The translations under genes were made by a program, and so were the position numbers. Below the pieces are notes generated by a model that did no database searches, was not told where the DNA came from, and was given only the letters and a program-made list of their open reading frames with translations. This document shows, one piece after another, positions 29,212-38,168 of a DNA stretch of 64,000 nt. Within the stretch, counting starts at the first letter, position 1. Each line of letters begins with the position of its first letter. Source of the stretch: Gemmatimonas sp. (GTDB lineage: Bacteria > Gemmatimonadota > Gemmatimonadetes > Gemmatimonadales > Gemmatimonadaceae); assembly GCA_031414535.1 (NCBI GenBank), contig JANNVQ010000014.1:128001-192000 (forward strand), in the 5' to 3' direction.

Positions 29212-30339
29212 GTGAACCAGCGTCCCTCGCACCGCATCGGCTACATTCGTCCGTCATCGCCCGACGCCCTCATTGAAGTGGCGGCGGACCGTGAGACGAT
29301 TCAACGCGCCGTCAACCGCTCAATCGGCGTTTGGCGGGAGCGCCTAGGCGACGCGTTCAAGGACGACGAGATCCACGAGGCAGCGAGCTGGGCGGTCGAG
29401 GCCCTCGCTGCGGCCGCGAGCGGCGCTGAGATTCGGACGCCCGAATGCTCGCCCGTGCTCTGTCACTTCGTACTCGAGCGCAGCAGCGCAGCTCTGCTTG
29501 AGGACGCCGCATCGTCAGCCACCATCGGCAAAGACGCCATCATTAGGCTGATGCTCGCAGTCGACGCCGCGCGGCGCCTCGTGGAGCCCGAGTGGGGACG
29601 ATACTTCGAGTCCGAACTCTCGGGCCCTGACGGGCTCAACTTGGTCGTTGAAGTCGTGCACGATTTGCGGTCGCCGCTCACGTCCATCCGGTGCTTGGCC
29701 GAGATTTTGGAGCGTGGTCAATCTGGCCCGGTCACGCCGCTCCAACAGCGGCAGCTTCGTCTCATTTACGGCGCGGCCATGGGGCTAGGCTCCATGGCCA
29801 CCGACGTGCTCGAGATGGCGCGCCGCGGTGACCAGATTGCGGACGTCGAGGAAACCCAGTTCTCGATCAACGAAATTCTCAGCGATGTCTTCGCAATGGT
29901 CCGCCCAATCGCGGAAGAAAAGGGCCTCCTGATGCAGGCTGGCGCCCTAGTGAGCGACCGCCGACGCGGCCCCGCGACCCTGATCAGCCGCGTCCTACTC
30001 AACTTGGTCACCAACGCGCGCAAGTTCACCGATGCGGGAAGCGTCGAGGCGCGCCTGCGCGCCGTCTCGCGCTCGCGGGTGGAGTTCTCGGTGGTTGATA
30101 CGGGCCCCGGCATTCCGGATGCCGCACTCCCCGATCTCTTTAGGCCCTTCCGACGTTCCGCAGCGCGTGCCGGCCGCTCGGGTTTCCTGCTTTCCGAGAC
30201 GGGACTCGGCCTCGCCCTGTGCCGACGACTGCTCCGGCGCGTGGGCGCGGAGCTGAATTTCGAGACCACCGCAGGGCAGGGTACACGCTTTTATTTTGAG
30301 CTTGACATCCCGCCTGTCGGTGGTTTGCAAAGCTCGTGA
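29212..30339 (+). CDS. Cytoplasmic sensor histidine kinase
   Basis: H-box 'HDLRSPL', N-box 'NLVTNARKFT', 'DTGPGI', 'GLGLAL'; no TM segment. Confidence 0.9.
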   Translation: MNQRPSHRIGYIRPSSPDALIEVAADRETIQRAVNRSIGVWRERLGDAFKDDEIHEAASWAVEALAAAASGAEIRTPECSPVLCHFVLERSSAALLEDAASSATIGKDAIIRLMLAVDAARRLVEPEWGRYFESELSGPDGLNLVVEVVHDLRSPLTSIRCLAEILERGQSGPVTPLQQRQLRLIYGAAMGLGSMATDVLEMARRGDQIADVEETQFSINEILSDVFAMVRPIAEEKGLLMQAGALVSDRRRGPATLISRVLLNLVTNARKFTDAGSVEARLRAVSRSRVEFSVVDTGPGIPDAALPDLFRPFRRSAARAGRSGFLLSETGLGLALCRRLLRRVGAELNFETTAGQGTRFYFELDIPPVGGLQSS

Positions 30340-30473
30340 CCGCAACACCGCACCAGTTCGTGTTGCGCCATGTCTACAGTGTATGAAATGTTGCCGGCCA
30401 TTAAGGGTCATTAGAATGCCGTAAGCTGTTATCAAACAACGAGATAGGTACCAGAAGGACTCGTTGAGTTCGA

Positions 30474-30489
30474 CGGCACAATACGTGCT
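30474..30489 (+). promoter_or_regulatory. Sigma-54 (-24/-12) promoter upstream of the priming sugar transferase
   Basis: CGGCAC-AATAC-GTGCT with exact GG-N10-GC spacing; an NtrC-family activator is encoded just upstream. Confidence 0.65.
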
Positions 30490-30504
30490 CTGTAGTATCG
30501 TTTG

Positions 30505-31227
30505 ATGACAACATTTGGCCTACACACAGTTATCCCAAAGTTTCGGCGCGCTGACACGGCGCTGCCGATTCCTGAGGATCATCCCCATCGGCGTGAGCGA
30601 GCCCGCCGAGCCCTGAACGTCACCGTCGCGGCCATTGGGCTGGTAGTCACTGCGCCTATCATGGCGCTGATTGCGGTGGCCATCCGGTTGACTGACCGGT
30701 CAGGTCCTGTTCTGTATCGTCAAATGCGGGTCGGGCTTTGCTTGCGCTCAACCTACGGCGGAAACCACCGCCGCCAGCAGGACATCGGTGGCCGCCCTTT
30801 TATGATCTACAAGTTCCGCACGATGCGCATGGCGAGGCCGGGTGAGGAAGTGCAGAAGTGGGCCTCCTTGGACGATCCGCGCATCACCCGGCTCGGTAGC
30901 TTCCTCCGCAAGACGCGGCTCGACGAACTGCCGCAGCTTTACAACGTGTTGCTCGGCGACATGAACGTCGTCGGTCCGCGCCCGGAACAGCCTGAGATCT
31001 TCCAGACCCTTCGGTCGGACGTCCCCAGCTACTCCGCCCGTCAGCGCGTTCGTCCCGGGATTACTGGCCAAGCGCAGATCACTCTGGCTTATGACACCTG
31101 CCTTGAAGACGTCAAAAAGAAGGTCGCAGCTGATCTTCTCTACATCGAACGTCAGTCTGTCATCACCGACTTGAGCATCATGCTCAAGACCTTTCCGGTC
31201 GTCGTGTTCCGTAAGGGCAGTCGCTAA
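30505..31227 (+). CDS. Priming sugar transferase (bacterial sugar transferase / phosphoglycosyl transferase)
   Basis: 'YKFRTM', 'DPRITRLG.FLRKTRLDELPQL.NVL.GDMNVVGPRPE', 'RPGITG.AQ'. Confidence 0.93.
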   Translation: MTTFGLHTVIPKFRRADTALPIPEDHPHRRERARRALNVTVAAIGLVVTAPIMALIAVAIRLTDRSGPVLYRQMRVGLCLRSTYGGNHRRQQDIGGRPFMIYKFRTMRMARPGEEVQKWASLDDPRITRLGSFLRKTRLDELPQLYNVLLGDMNVVGPRPEQPEIFQTLRSDVPSYSARQRVRPGITGQAQITLAYDTCLEDVKKKVAADLLYIERQSVITDLSIMLKTFPVVVFRKGSR

Positions 31228-31242
31228 GGCTAGTTTGCTGGT

Positions 31243-32304
31243 GTGACGGTCTCGCCAATTTCTGACGAATCCCCTAGAGAACGCCCGCCGGTACGCGCCG
31301 GTGGGCGTTCTCGTCTGTTAGTGATTGCCGCCTCGGCCTTGCTCGCGCTCGCGGCAGTTGATCTCGTGGTGCGGCGGGTGGCGCCGCCGCGCAATCTGCG
31401 CGAGGTCCAAGATGCCGTGAAGGAACTTGAGCGCAACGACCCCACCGTCCTCGCCATCGGCTCCAGCCACGCGCGCACCTTCGCTGTCCTTGCGGATTCG
31501 CTGGCCGCGCGCACCGCGGGGCGCGAGCGATTGCTGGCGGTGCCTGTGGAATGGGGCAAGCTGAGCTCCTACCGCTGGACGCTCGAGGAACGCCTCCTCC
31601 CGCTCTTCGACGAGCGGAATGCCGCTGGGCAGGTACGTCGCGGCAAACTGCGCCGTGCCATCATCGTCACCGAGTGGTGGGACTCCTGCGCGGGCTCAAG
31701 CCAGCCCCAGAACCTTCCAGCGCGCGCTTGGGCTTGGCGGCACTATTGGGATGACCTCGGCCGCAACGGATTCTCCGACTACAACTCAAGCTTCCTGAGT
31801 TATCGCCTTTCTCGATTGACGCGTTTCTCGGCCCTCATGCAGGACCGCGGACGCACGCGATTCCCGACGGCGCTTCGCGAAGCGCTTGTGCCTGGGCCGG
31901 CCCGCGAAGAAACCAGCGGATATCGCGACCAGATGGCGAACTGGCAGGTGCTCGTCGAGAGTGGCGACAAATGCATCGGCGACCAAGCCCAGATGGAGTC
32001 GCTCGTGGCGATAGTAGACACGCTCCTGGCGCGCCGCCTAGATGTGACGGTGCTCTTGTATCCGCGCATGCCAAGCACGCTCACTCCGACGGCACGGCAG
32101 ACGACCCTGCCCCGCTTCCTCGCCCTCGCCCAAGCGGCCTTGCGCGGGCGTCCGGTGCGCGTGCTCGATCTCACCGATGTCGCGCCCTTAACAGACGCCG
32201 ACTTTGGCGAGGATTTCGATCACCTTCTGCCGGCGGCGAACGCACGCTTTTCTGGCTGGGCTTTGGATGGTCCTTTTGCGTTCTTGCTTGAGGGCACGCG
32301 ATGA
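31243..32304 (+). CDS. Membrane-anchored SGNH-like (DltD/AlgJ-like) acyltransferase partner
   Basis: One N-terminal TM; 'IGSSH' block I and C-terminal 'DFDHL' (DxxH); ATGA overlap with the MBOAT gene. Confidence 0.65.
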   Translation: MTVSPISDESPRERPPVRAGGRSRLLVIAASALLALAAVDLVVRRVAPPRNLREVQDAVKELERNDPTVLAIGSSHARTFAVLADSLAARTAGRERLLAVPVEWGKLSSYRWTLEERLLPLFDERNAAGQVRRGKLRRAIIVTEWWDSCAGSSQPQNLPARAWAWRHYWDDLGRNGFSDYNSSFLSYRLSRLTRFSALMQDRGRTRFPTALREALVPGPAREETSGYRDQMANWQVLVESGDKCIGDQAQMESLVAIVDTLLARRLDVTVLLYPRMPSTLTPTARQTTLPRFLALAQAALRGRPVRVLDLTDVAPLTDADFGEDFDHLLPAANARFSGWALDGPFAFLLEGTR

Positions 32305-33716
32305 CTCCCACGAGTGTGGCATTCGCGCTGTTAGTGCTGACCGCCCTACTCCTGCACTGGACGGGTCCTCACACCTCCCGGTGGCAGAATAGCGTCCTGC
32401 TGGGGTCGAGTGCCCTCTTCTACTGGTCCTGGTCGCCCGCTTGGCTGCCGGTGCTCGCGCTGTCCACGCTCGTGGATTTCTGGGCCGCACGGAAGATTGG
32501 CGATGCCACCGGGGCCCCAACCCTGCGGCGATTCGCGCTCTGGTTAGGCCTTGGCAGCAACCTCGGCGTACTGCTGTGGTTCAAATACGCAGGCTTGCTG
32601 CTCGACTCTGGTTCACTCGCGCTGCCGATCGGCCTCTCGTATTACACGCTCATTCGTGTTGGCTATCTGCTCGACCTGCGCTACGGACGAATCGTGGCTG
32701 AGCGCTCGCTGCTGAACTTTGCGACGTTCATTTGGTTTTTCCCTCAGATGGTCGCGGGCCCCATCACTCGCGCCCGTGCGATGTTGCCGCAGTTCTCGTC
32801 CGCCCGTTCGTGGCGCGACGTGAATTTCGGGAGTGCTGCCGCCGCGTTATTGCTCGGCTGGACGCTCAAGGCTTACGTGGCCGACTGGATTGGGCCCGCG
32901 CTCGTGGAGCCCGTGTTTGCCTCAAGTGCAAGGTTTGGCGCGGCGGCCCACTGGCTCGCGTTAGTGAGTTACGCACTGCAGGTCTTTGGCGACTTCGCCG
33001 GCTACTCACTACTCGCCATCGGCGTGGCCGCGCTCTTTGGCATGTCGCTGCCCGTCAACTTTGACCGTCCCTTCCTCAGCCGGTCGATGCCGGAGTTCTG
33101 GCGGCGTTGGCATATCACGCTCAACACATGGCTCTTTGACTACGTGTTTGGGCCGCTGACCACGGGCGGCGGAGTGCTTCATGGACGCATCGCCTACAAC
33201 CTCGTGTTGATTTTCATGATCTCCGGGCTTTGGCACGGCGCGGAGTGGACCTTTGTGATCTGGGGACTGCTACACGGCCTGGCGCTCGCGGCGCACCACG
33301 GCTGGGATGTGTGGTACCGCGCGCAGTGCCGTCGCGACCGACGCTTCGTGACTGTTCGGAAGTCCGGCGCCTATGCATGGGCGGCTTGGGTGCTCACACA
33401 GGGCTGGTTCTTGGGCTCACTGGTTCTTTTCAAGAGTAGTGACCTCGCAAGCGCGGGTCGGTACCTCGGCGCACTCTTCGTCGCCGAGGGCACCGCATTC
33501 CCCTCGCTGGACTCCATGGCGCTGGCGAGCCTCCTCGGAGCCTTGCTGGTTGTCGCCTGGCATCATGCTGAGGGTTTGAGCTTAGGCGCGAGGCTGCGCG
33601 CGCGGTTTGACGCACTCCCTGCCCCGGTGATTGGCGCGGTCTTGGGGCTCGGGCTCGCGTGGTTGCTCATCTTCGCCCCCTTGGCCCGCACTAGCTTCAT
33701 TTATGCTCAGTTTTGA
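32301..33716 (+). CDS. MBOAT family O-acyltransferase (AlgI/DltB-like)
   Basis: 'LPIGLSYYT', 'FFPQMVAGPI', 'DFAGYS', 'FWRRWHITL', 'SGLWHGA.W'; C-terminus 'FIYAQF'. Confidence 0.93.
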   Translation: MTPTSVAFALLVLTALLLHWTGPHTSRWQNSVLLGSSALFYWSWSPAWLPVLALSTLVDFWAARKIGDATGAPTLRRFALWLGLGSNLGVLLWFKYAGLLLDSGSLALPIGLSYYTLIRVGYLLDLRYGRIVAERSLLNFATFIWFFPQMVAGPITRARAMLPQFSSARSWRDVNFGSAAAALLLGWTLKAYVADWIGPALVEPVFASSARFGAAAHWLALVSYALQVFGDFAGYSLLAIGVAALFGMSLPVNFDRPFLSRSMPEFWRRWHITLNTWLFDYVFGPLTTGGGVLHGRIAYNLVLIFMISGLWHGAEWTFVIWGLLHGLALAAHHGWDVWYRAQCRRDRRFVTVRKSGAYAWAAWVLTQGWFLGSLVLFKSSDLASAGRYLGALFVAEGTAFPSLDSMALASLLGALLVVAWHHAEGLSLGARLRARFDALPAPVIGAVLGLGLAWLLIFAPLARTSFIYAQF

Positions 33717-33718
33717 CT

Positions 33719-33982
33719 ATGCATAGCGACGCTGAACTCCGGCACGTGATCGTCGAGTGGCTGGACGACCAGTACCACTTTGGCGATGCCAGCTCGCTCA
33801 TCAAAAGTGACGAGCAGTCCTTCTTGGATACGGGAGTGCTGACCAGTCTTGGGTTCGTGCAGTTGGTGCTGTTTCTCGAAGGCAAGTTGCACATCGTCAT
33901 CGAACGCGGCGCACTGACCCGCGAGAACTTCGACGGCATGGGCAAGATTCTCGCCTTTGTGCGAGCCTGCCGGCTGCGCTGA
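33719..33982 (+). CDS. Stand-alone acyl carrier protein
   Basis: Small acidic protein with 'SFLDTGVLTSLGFVQLVLFLE' and 'ENFD' motifs; Ppant serine codon at 33845. Confidence 0.85.
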   Translation: MHSDAELRHVIVEWLDDQYHFGDASSLIKSDEQSFLDTGVLTSLGFVQLVLFLEGKLHIVIERGALTRENFDGMGKILAFVRACRLR

Positions 33983-35946
33983 TGGATTCAGACGTTCTGT
34001 GGAATCCTGATCCTGCTGTAGCCTCGACATCGCAACTCGGGGCCTTCCAGCGCTTCTGCGAGCGTGAGACGGGCGAGGCGTTGACGAGTTGGCAGGACTT
34101 CCACGCGTTCTCGGTAAGGCGCTTCGAGGACTTCTGGAATCTATTTCTGCGCTGGAGCGGCGTCCGCACGAGCGGTGAACCGAGCCCCGTCTGCACGTCG
34201 CGCGATGTGGAGTCGGCAAGATTCTTCCCGAATGTTCGGCTGTCGTTCACGGAGTCTTTGTTGAGCGGGGCCGGCGTTGCGGATGAGGCGGCGGCCATCG
34301 TTGTCTGCAGCGAGGGGAGGCCGCCGCGCACGGTGACGCGTGGCGAACTCCGCTCGCGCGTGCGGCGCCTCGCTCGTGCATTGACGGCCCTCGGCGTCGG
34401 GCCAGGCAGCCGAGTAGCCGGACTCACGTCGCACGACGACGACACTATTGCGGTGGCGCTGGCCGCCGTTGGAATTGGCGCCACGTGGTCTGCATGTGGG
34501 CCAGAGCTCGCGGCAGATGCGGCGGTGGCGCGCTTCAGCGTCTTTGCACCCACGCATTTGGTTCTCAGCGTACAGACGCCGCGCGCAGATGCCGGGGATG
34601 AACCGTTGGCGCGCGCGCGCCATGTGGCCGCCCGTCTTCCCTCGCTGGTTCAGACCTTGCTGATTGGTCCCGATGCGGCCGCCGAGGCTATTGCCGAGGC
34701 TCTTTCGAACTGGCCGCAGGCTTGCGCGCCGCTCGCGCCACTGGAGCAGGCGCAGTCGGATGGTGCGTTTGAGTGGCCGCTTTTCGCGTTCGATCATCCG
34801 CTCTACGCGCTCTTTTCCTCGGGCACGACCGGCCCGCCAAAGGCCATCGTGCACGGTGCAGGCGGCACCTTGCTCGAGCATCTCAAGGAGCACAGGCTGC
34901 ACGGGGATCTTGGGTCGACTGACCGACTCTACTTCCAGACATCCTGTGGCTGGATGATGTGGCACTGGACGGTTTCGGCCCTCGCCACCGGCGCCTCAAT
35001 CGTTACCTACGATGGTTCGATTGCGGCCGATGGACCCGACACACTCTGGCGACTCGCCTCCGATACGCGCGTCACCGCGCTCGGGATTTCACCCAGCTTC
35101 GTCCAATACCAACGAAGCACGGCGGTGCATCCGCGCCGCCACGATCTCGCGGCGCTCCGGCTCGTGCTCTCCACGGGCTCAATTCTCTTCGACCGCGACT
35201 TCGACTGGCTGCATGAGCAGCTCGGTCCGCTACCCATTCACTCCATCTCTGGTGGCACGGACATCATCGGATGCTTCGTGCTCGGCAATCCGACTCTCCC
35301 TGTGTACCGAGGAGAAAGTCAATGCATCAGCTTGGCGATGGATGTACAGGCCGTTGCTGATACGGACGGCGGCCCAGACGAGTTGGTGTGCGCGAATCCG
35401 TTTCCGTCGCGGCCGGTTGCGTTCTTGAATGACTCGGACGGGACGCTGCGGCACGAGGCCTACTTCGCGCAGCGCCCGGGGTTGTGGACACACGGAGACT
35501 TTGTCGCTCTGCGTCCGCGCGGCTCAGCGCGCGTGCTCGGGCGCGCCGATGGCGTGATGAAAGTGCGTGGTATCCGCATCGGTCCAGCCGAACTCGTTGG
35601 CATCGTGGAGGCCTTGCCAGAGATTGAGGCCGCGATGGCCGTGGCCCAAGATGCGCCCGACGAACCCGGTGGTGCGCGCATCGTGCTTCTGGTGGTGCTC
35701 CGCGAGGGCGAGGTGCTGGACCGCGCGCTCACGTACCGCATCAAGCGGGCGGTGCGCGACGGCGCATCAGCCGATCACGTGCCATCACGCGTGGTAACGG
35801 TTCCCGCATTGCCCGTGACACTCAACGGCAAACGCTCAGAGCGCGCGGCACGTGACATCGTAAATGGTCGCACACCGGCGAATCTCGCCGCCCTGCGCGA
35901 CCCAGACCTCGCCGCGCGAATTAGCGAGGCGCTGCGACGGGAGTGA
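33982..35946 (+). CDS. Acetoacetate-CoA ligase family adenylating enzyme
   Basis: 'FSSGTTGPPKAIVHGAGG.LLEHLKEH', 'GWMMWHW', 'SISGGTDI.GCF', 'W.HGD', 'GR.DG', 'P.T.NGK'. Confidence 0.88.
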   Translation: MDSDVLWNPDPAVASTSQLGAFQRFCERETGEALTSWQDFHAFSVRRFEDFWNLFLRWSGVRTSGEPSPVCTSRDVESARFFPNVRLSFTESLLSGAGVADEAAAIVVCSEGRPPRTVTRGELRSRVRRLARALTALGVGPGSRVAGLTSHDDDTIAVALAAVGIGATWSACGPELAADAAVARFSVFAPTHLVLSVQTPRADAGDEPLARARHVAARLPSLVQTLLIGPDAAAEAIAEALSNWPQACAPLAPLEQAQSDGAFEWPLFAFDHPLYALFSSGTTGPPKAIVHGAGGTLLEHLKEHRLHGDLGSTDRLYFQTSCGWMMWHWTVSALATGASIVTYDGSIAADGPDTLWRLASDTRVTALGISPSFVQYQRSTAVHPRRHDLAALRLVLSTGSILFDRDFDWLHEQLGPLPIHSISGGTDIIGCFVLGNPTLPVYRGESQCISLAMDVQAVADTDGGPDELVCANPFPSRPVAFLNDSDGTLRHEAYFAQRPGLWTHGDFVALRPRGSARVLGRADGVMKVRGIRIGPAELVGIVEALPEIEAAMAVAQDAPDEPGGARIVLLVVLREGEVLDRALTYRIKRAVRDGASADHVPSRVVTVPALPVTLNGKRSERAARDIVNGRTPANLAALRDPDLAARISEALRRE

Positions 35947-37072
35947 TGTTGTGAAAGCGCTTCTGACGTGAGGTCTGCCACGGCGCATCGGAGCGGAGCA
36001 CTTCCAAGAACTGCTCCGCGCTGCGACCGTCGCCAAAGTGCTGCGAAGGAGCCACGCCAGACGGCAGGTTGGTGAGCACCTGCTTGATGGCCCCGGCTTC
36101 CGCTGGCACGTTCACGATTGACGGATATATAAACCGGTCAGACTGCCGCGTCCCCACGTTCACCGTGGGGACGCCATAGACCGGCGCCTCGCGAATCCCG
36201 GCGCTGGAGTTTCCGACAATCGCCTGGGCGTGCTTCAGCAGCGAGAGGAAGTACTCAAAGCGCATGGACGGCAGCATGCGGAAGCGGGGATTCCCCTCGA
36301 AGGTCTTGTAGTGCCGCAGGATGATATCGGCGCCAAAGTCGTTGTTGGGATACACCACCACGAAGTTCCGCCCCGACTCCACGGCGGCCCGCACGATCTC
36401 CGCGCTCTGGACCTCCAGCTGGTCGTGTTCCGTCGTGACCGGGTGGAACATCAGGATGCAGTGCTCGTCGAACGGAATCTCGTAGCGCTCGCGCACCACA
36501 GCCATCGTCGGCAGTGTGTCGCCGAGCATGACGTCAATGTCTGGCGAGCCAATCACGAAGATGGACGAGGGCTGCTCACCCAACTGCACGAGGCGATCGC
36601 GCGCTTCATCGTTGGCCACGAAGTGTAGGTGCGACAGCTTCGTCACCGCGTGCCTAATGAGATCATCAATGGTCCCCGAGATCTCGCCACCCTCGATGTG
36701 CGCCACGAGGATGTTATTCAGCGAGCCCACAATTGCGCCGGCAAGCGCCTCGATCCGATCGCCGTGCACGACAAGCAGATCGGGCGTGGCCTCGCGCACG
36801 TAGTGGCCGAGGCCCTGCACTGTCGTCGCAAGCACGAGATCCATCTGCGACGTCACTGCACCGTCCTGATTCACGAACGGATGGATGCGGTCGAACCCGG
36901 CATCGCGAATCTCCTTCACCGTGCGGCCGTACCGGGCGAGCATATGCATCCCAGTGGCGAAGATGTCGTACTCTAGCCCCGGTGTCGCCTTCACGCTGGC
37001 GATGAGCGGCTTGATTTTTCCAAAGTCGGCGCGCGTGCCGCTCAGGAAGAGAATGCGGCGGGTAGTGGTCAC
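35921..37072 (-). CDS. neuC: UDP-N-acetylglucosamine 2-epimerase, hydrolysing
   Basis: 'GTRADFGK', 'TGMH', 'HGDRIE', 'HIEGGE.SGT.DD.IRHA.TKL', 'GNSS.GIREAP'. Confidence 0.92.
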   Translation of the reverse strand: MTTTRRILFLSGTRADFGKIKPLIASVKATPGLEYDIFATGMHMLARYGRTVKEIRDAGFDRIHPFVNQDGAVTSQMDLVLATTVQGLGHYVREATPDLLVVHGDRIEALAGAIVGSLNNILVAHIEGGEISGTIDDLIRHAVTKLSHLHFVANDEARDRLVQLGEQPSSIFVIGSPDIDVMLGDTLPTMAVVRERYEIPFDEHCILMFHPVTTEHDQLEVQSAEIVRAAVESGRNFVVVYPNNDFGADIILRHYKTFEGNPRFRMLPSMRFEYFLSLLKHAQAIVGNSSAGIREAPVYGVPTVNVGTRQSDRFIYPSIVNVPAEAGAIKQVLTNLPSGVAPSQHFGDGRSAEQFLEVLRSDAPWQTSRQKRFHNITPVAAPR

Positions 37073-38124
37073 GCCGAGGCGCCGAGCGCCGGGTTGACGT
37101 CAGCAAAGCGAAGCTGCGCGTTCTTGGGGATTGCGCTCGTCGCCGTGCGGCCGAGCAGGGATTCGAAGTGCACGGCCTTGATCTCGCCAGTGCCGGGACG
37201 CTTCACCCACACGTTCTCGCGCGTGAGCTTGCCGCCAGCGGGGATGTCCTCTATTGCCACGACGCATGCGTAGGCGAAGTCAATCGTCGGCTGTTCTTCC
37301 GGCAGGATGGTCTTACCGCCACCGAGCGCGGCGTGCACGGCGCGGGTACCACGTACCAAGTCGCCGAGTTCGGCTGGATCGAGCGAGATTGGCACGTCGG
37401 GGCCGGGCCAAGACTTGTCGCTCGTGAAGTGCTTCTCGAGGATGCTCGCACCCAGCGCGACGGCGGCGAAGCAGGTGTAGTTGCCAAGCGAGTGGTCGCT
37501 GAGGCCGAGCACAGCGTCGGGGAATGCGGCGGCGAGATCGCCGATGCCGCCGAGGCGCACGCGCTCGTAGGGCGTGGGATACATGGACGTGCAGTGCAAC
37601 AGGGCGTAGGGCACCTTGGCCTGACGCAGGATTTCCACCGACGGCGCAACGCTCGCGATGTCGTTCATGCCGGTGCTGAGAATAATCGGCTTGCCATACG
37701 ACGCAATGTGGCGAATGAGCGGGTAGTTGTTGCACTCGCCCGAGCCAATCTTGTACGCCGGCACACCCATGGACTCAAGTCGCACGGCGGCCGCCCGCGA
37801 GAACGGCGTGCTCAGGAACATCAAGCCTTTGGACTGGGTGTACGCCATCACCTTGCGCTCCTCGGCCTCCGTGAGCGCACAGCGCGACATGATGTCCCAG
37901 ATGGATTCCTTGGCGTTTCCGGGAATCACGTTGTTGGGGATCATTTCATCCTCAATCACATGACTCTGGAACTTGGCGCACTCCGCCCCGACTGCGGCGG
38001 CATCGTCCACCATCTGGATGGCCTTGTCGAGGCTACCCTCGTGATTGATGCCGATTTCGGCAATGACGAACGGGGGATGGTCTGGACCGATGTCGCGGTC
38101 TTGGATGCGGAGTGAGGGTGCCAT
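37069..38124 (-). CDS. neuB: N-acetylneuraminate (nonulosonate) synthase
   Basis: 'IAEIGINHEG', 'KFQ', 'KIGSGE', 'STGM', 'HCTSMYP', 'SDH', 'EKHFT' and C-terminal SAF domain 'KRPGTG'. Confidence 0.95.
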   Translation of the reverse strand: MAPSLRIQDRDIGPDHPPFVIAEIGINHEGSLDKAIQMVDDAAAVGAECAKFQSHVIEDEMIPNNVIPGNAKESIWDIMSRCALTEAEERKVMAYTQSKGLMFLSTPFSRAAAVRLESMGVPAYKIGSGECNNYPLIRHIASYGKPIILSTGMNDIASVAPSVEILRQAKVPYALLHCTSMYPTPYERVRLGGIGDLAAAFPDAVLGLSDHSLGNYTCFAAVALGASILEKHFTSDKSWPGPDVPISLDPAELGDLVRGTRAVHAALGGGKTILPEEQPTIDFAYACVVAIEDIPAGGKLTRENVWVKRPGTGEIKAVHFESLLGRTATSAIPKNAQLRFADVNPALGASA

Positions 38125-38168
38125 AGCCGAGAAGGTTAGCAGTTCAGGCCAAGGCGGCGAAAGTGCAG

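Noticed and set aside
21117..35946. NRPS/PKS secondary-metabolite cluster (PPTase, ACP, adenylating enzyme)
   Set aside because: No condensation, ketosynthase or thioesterase domains; the MBOAT/SGNH context points to glycan acylation.
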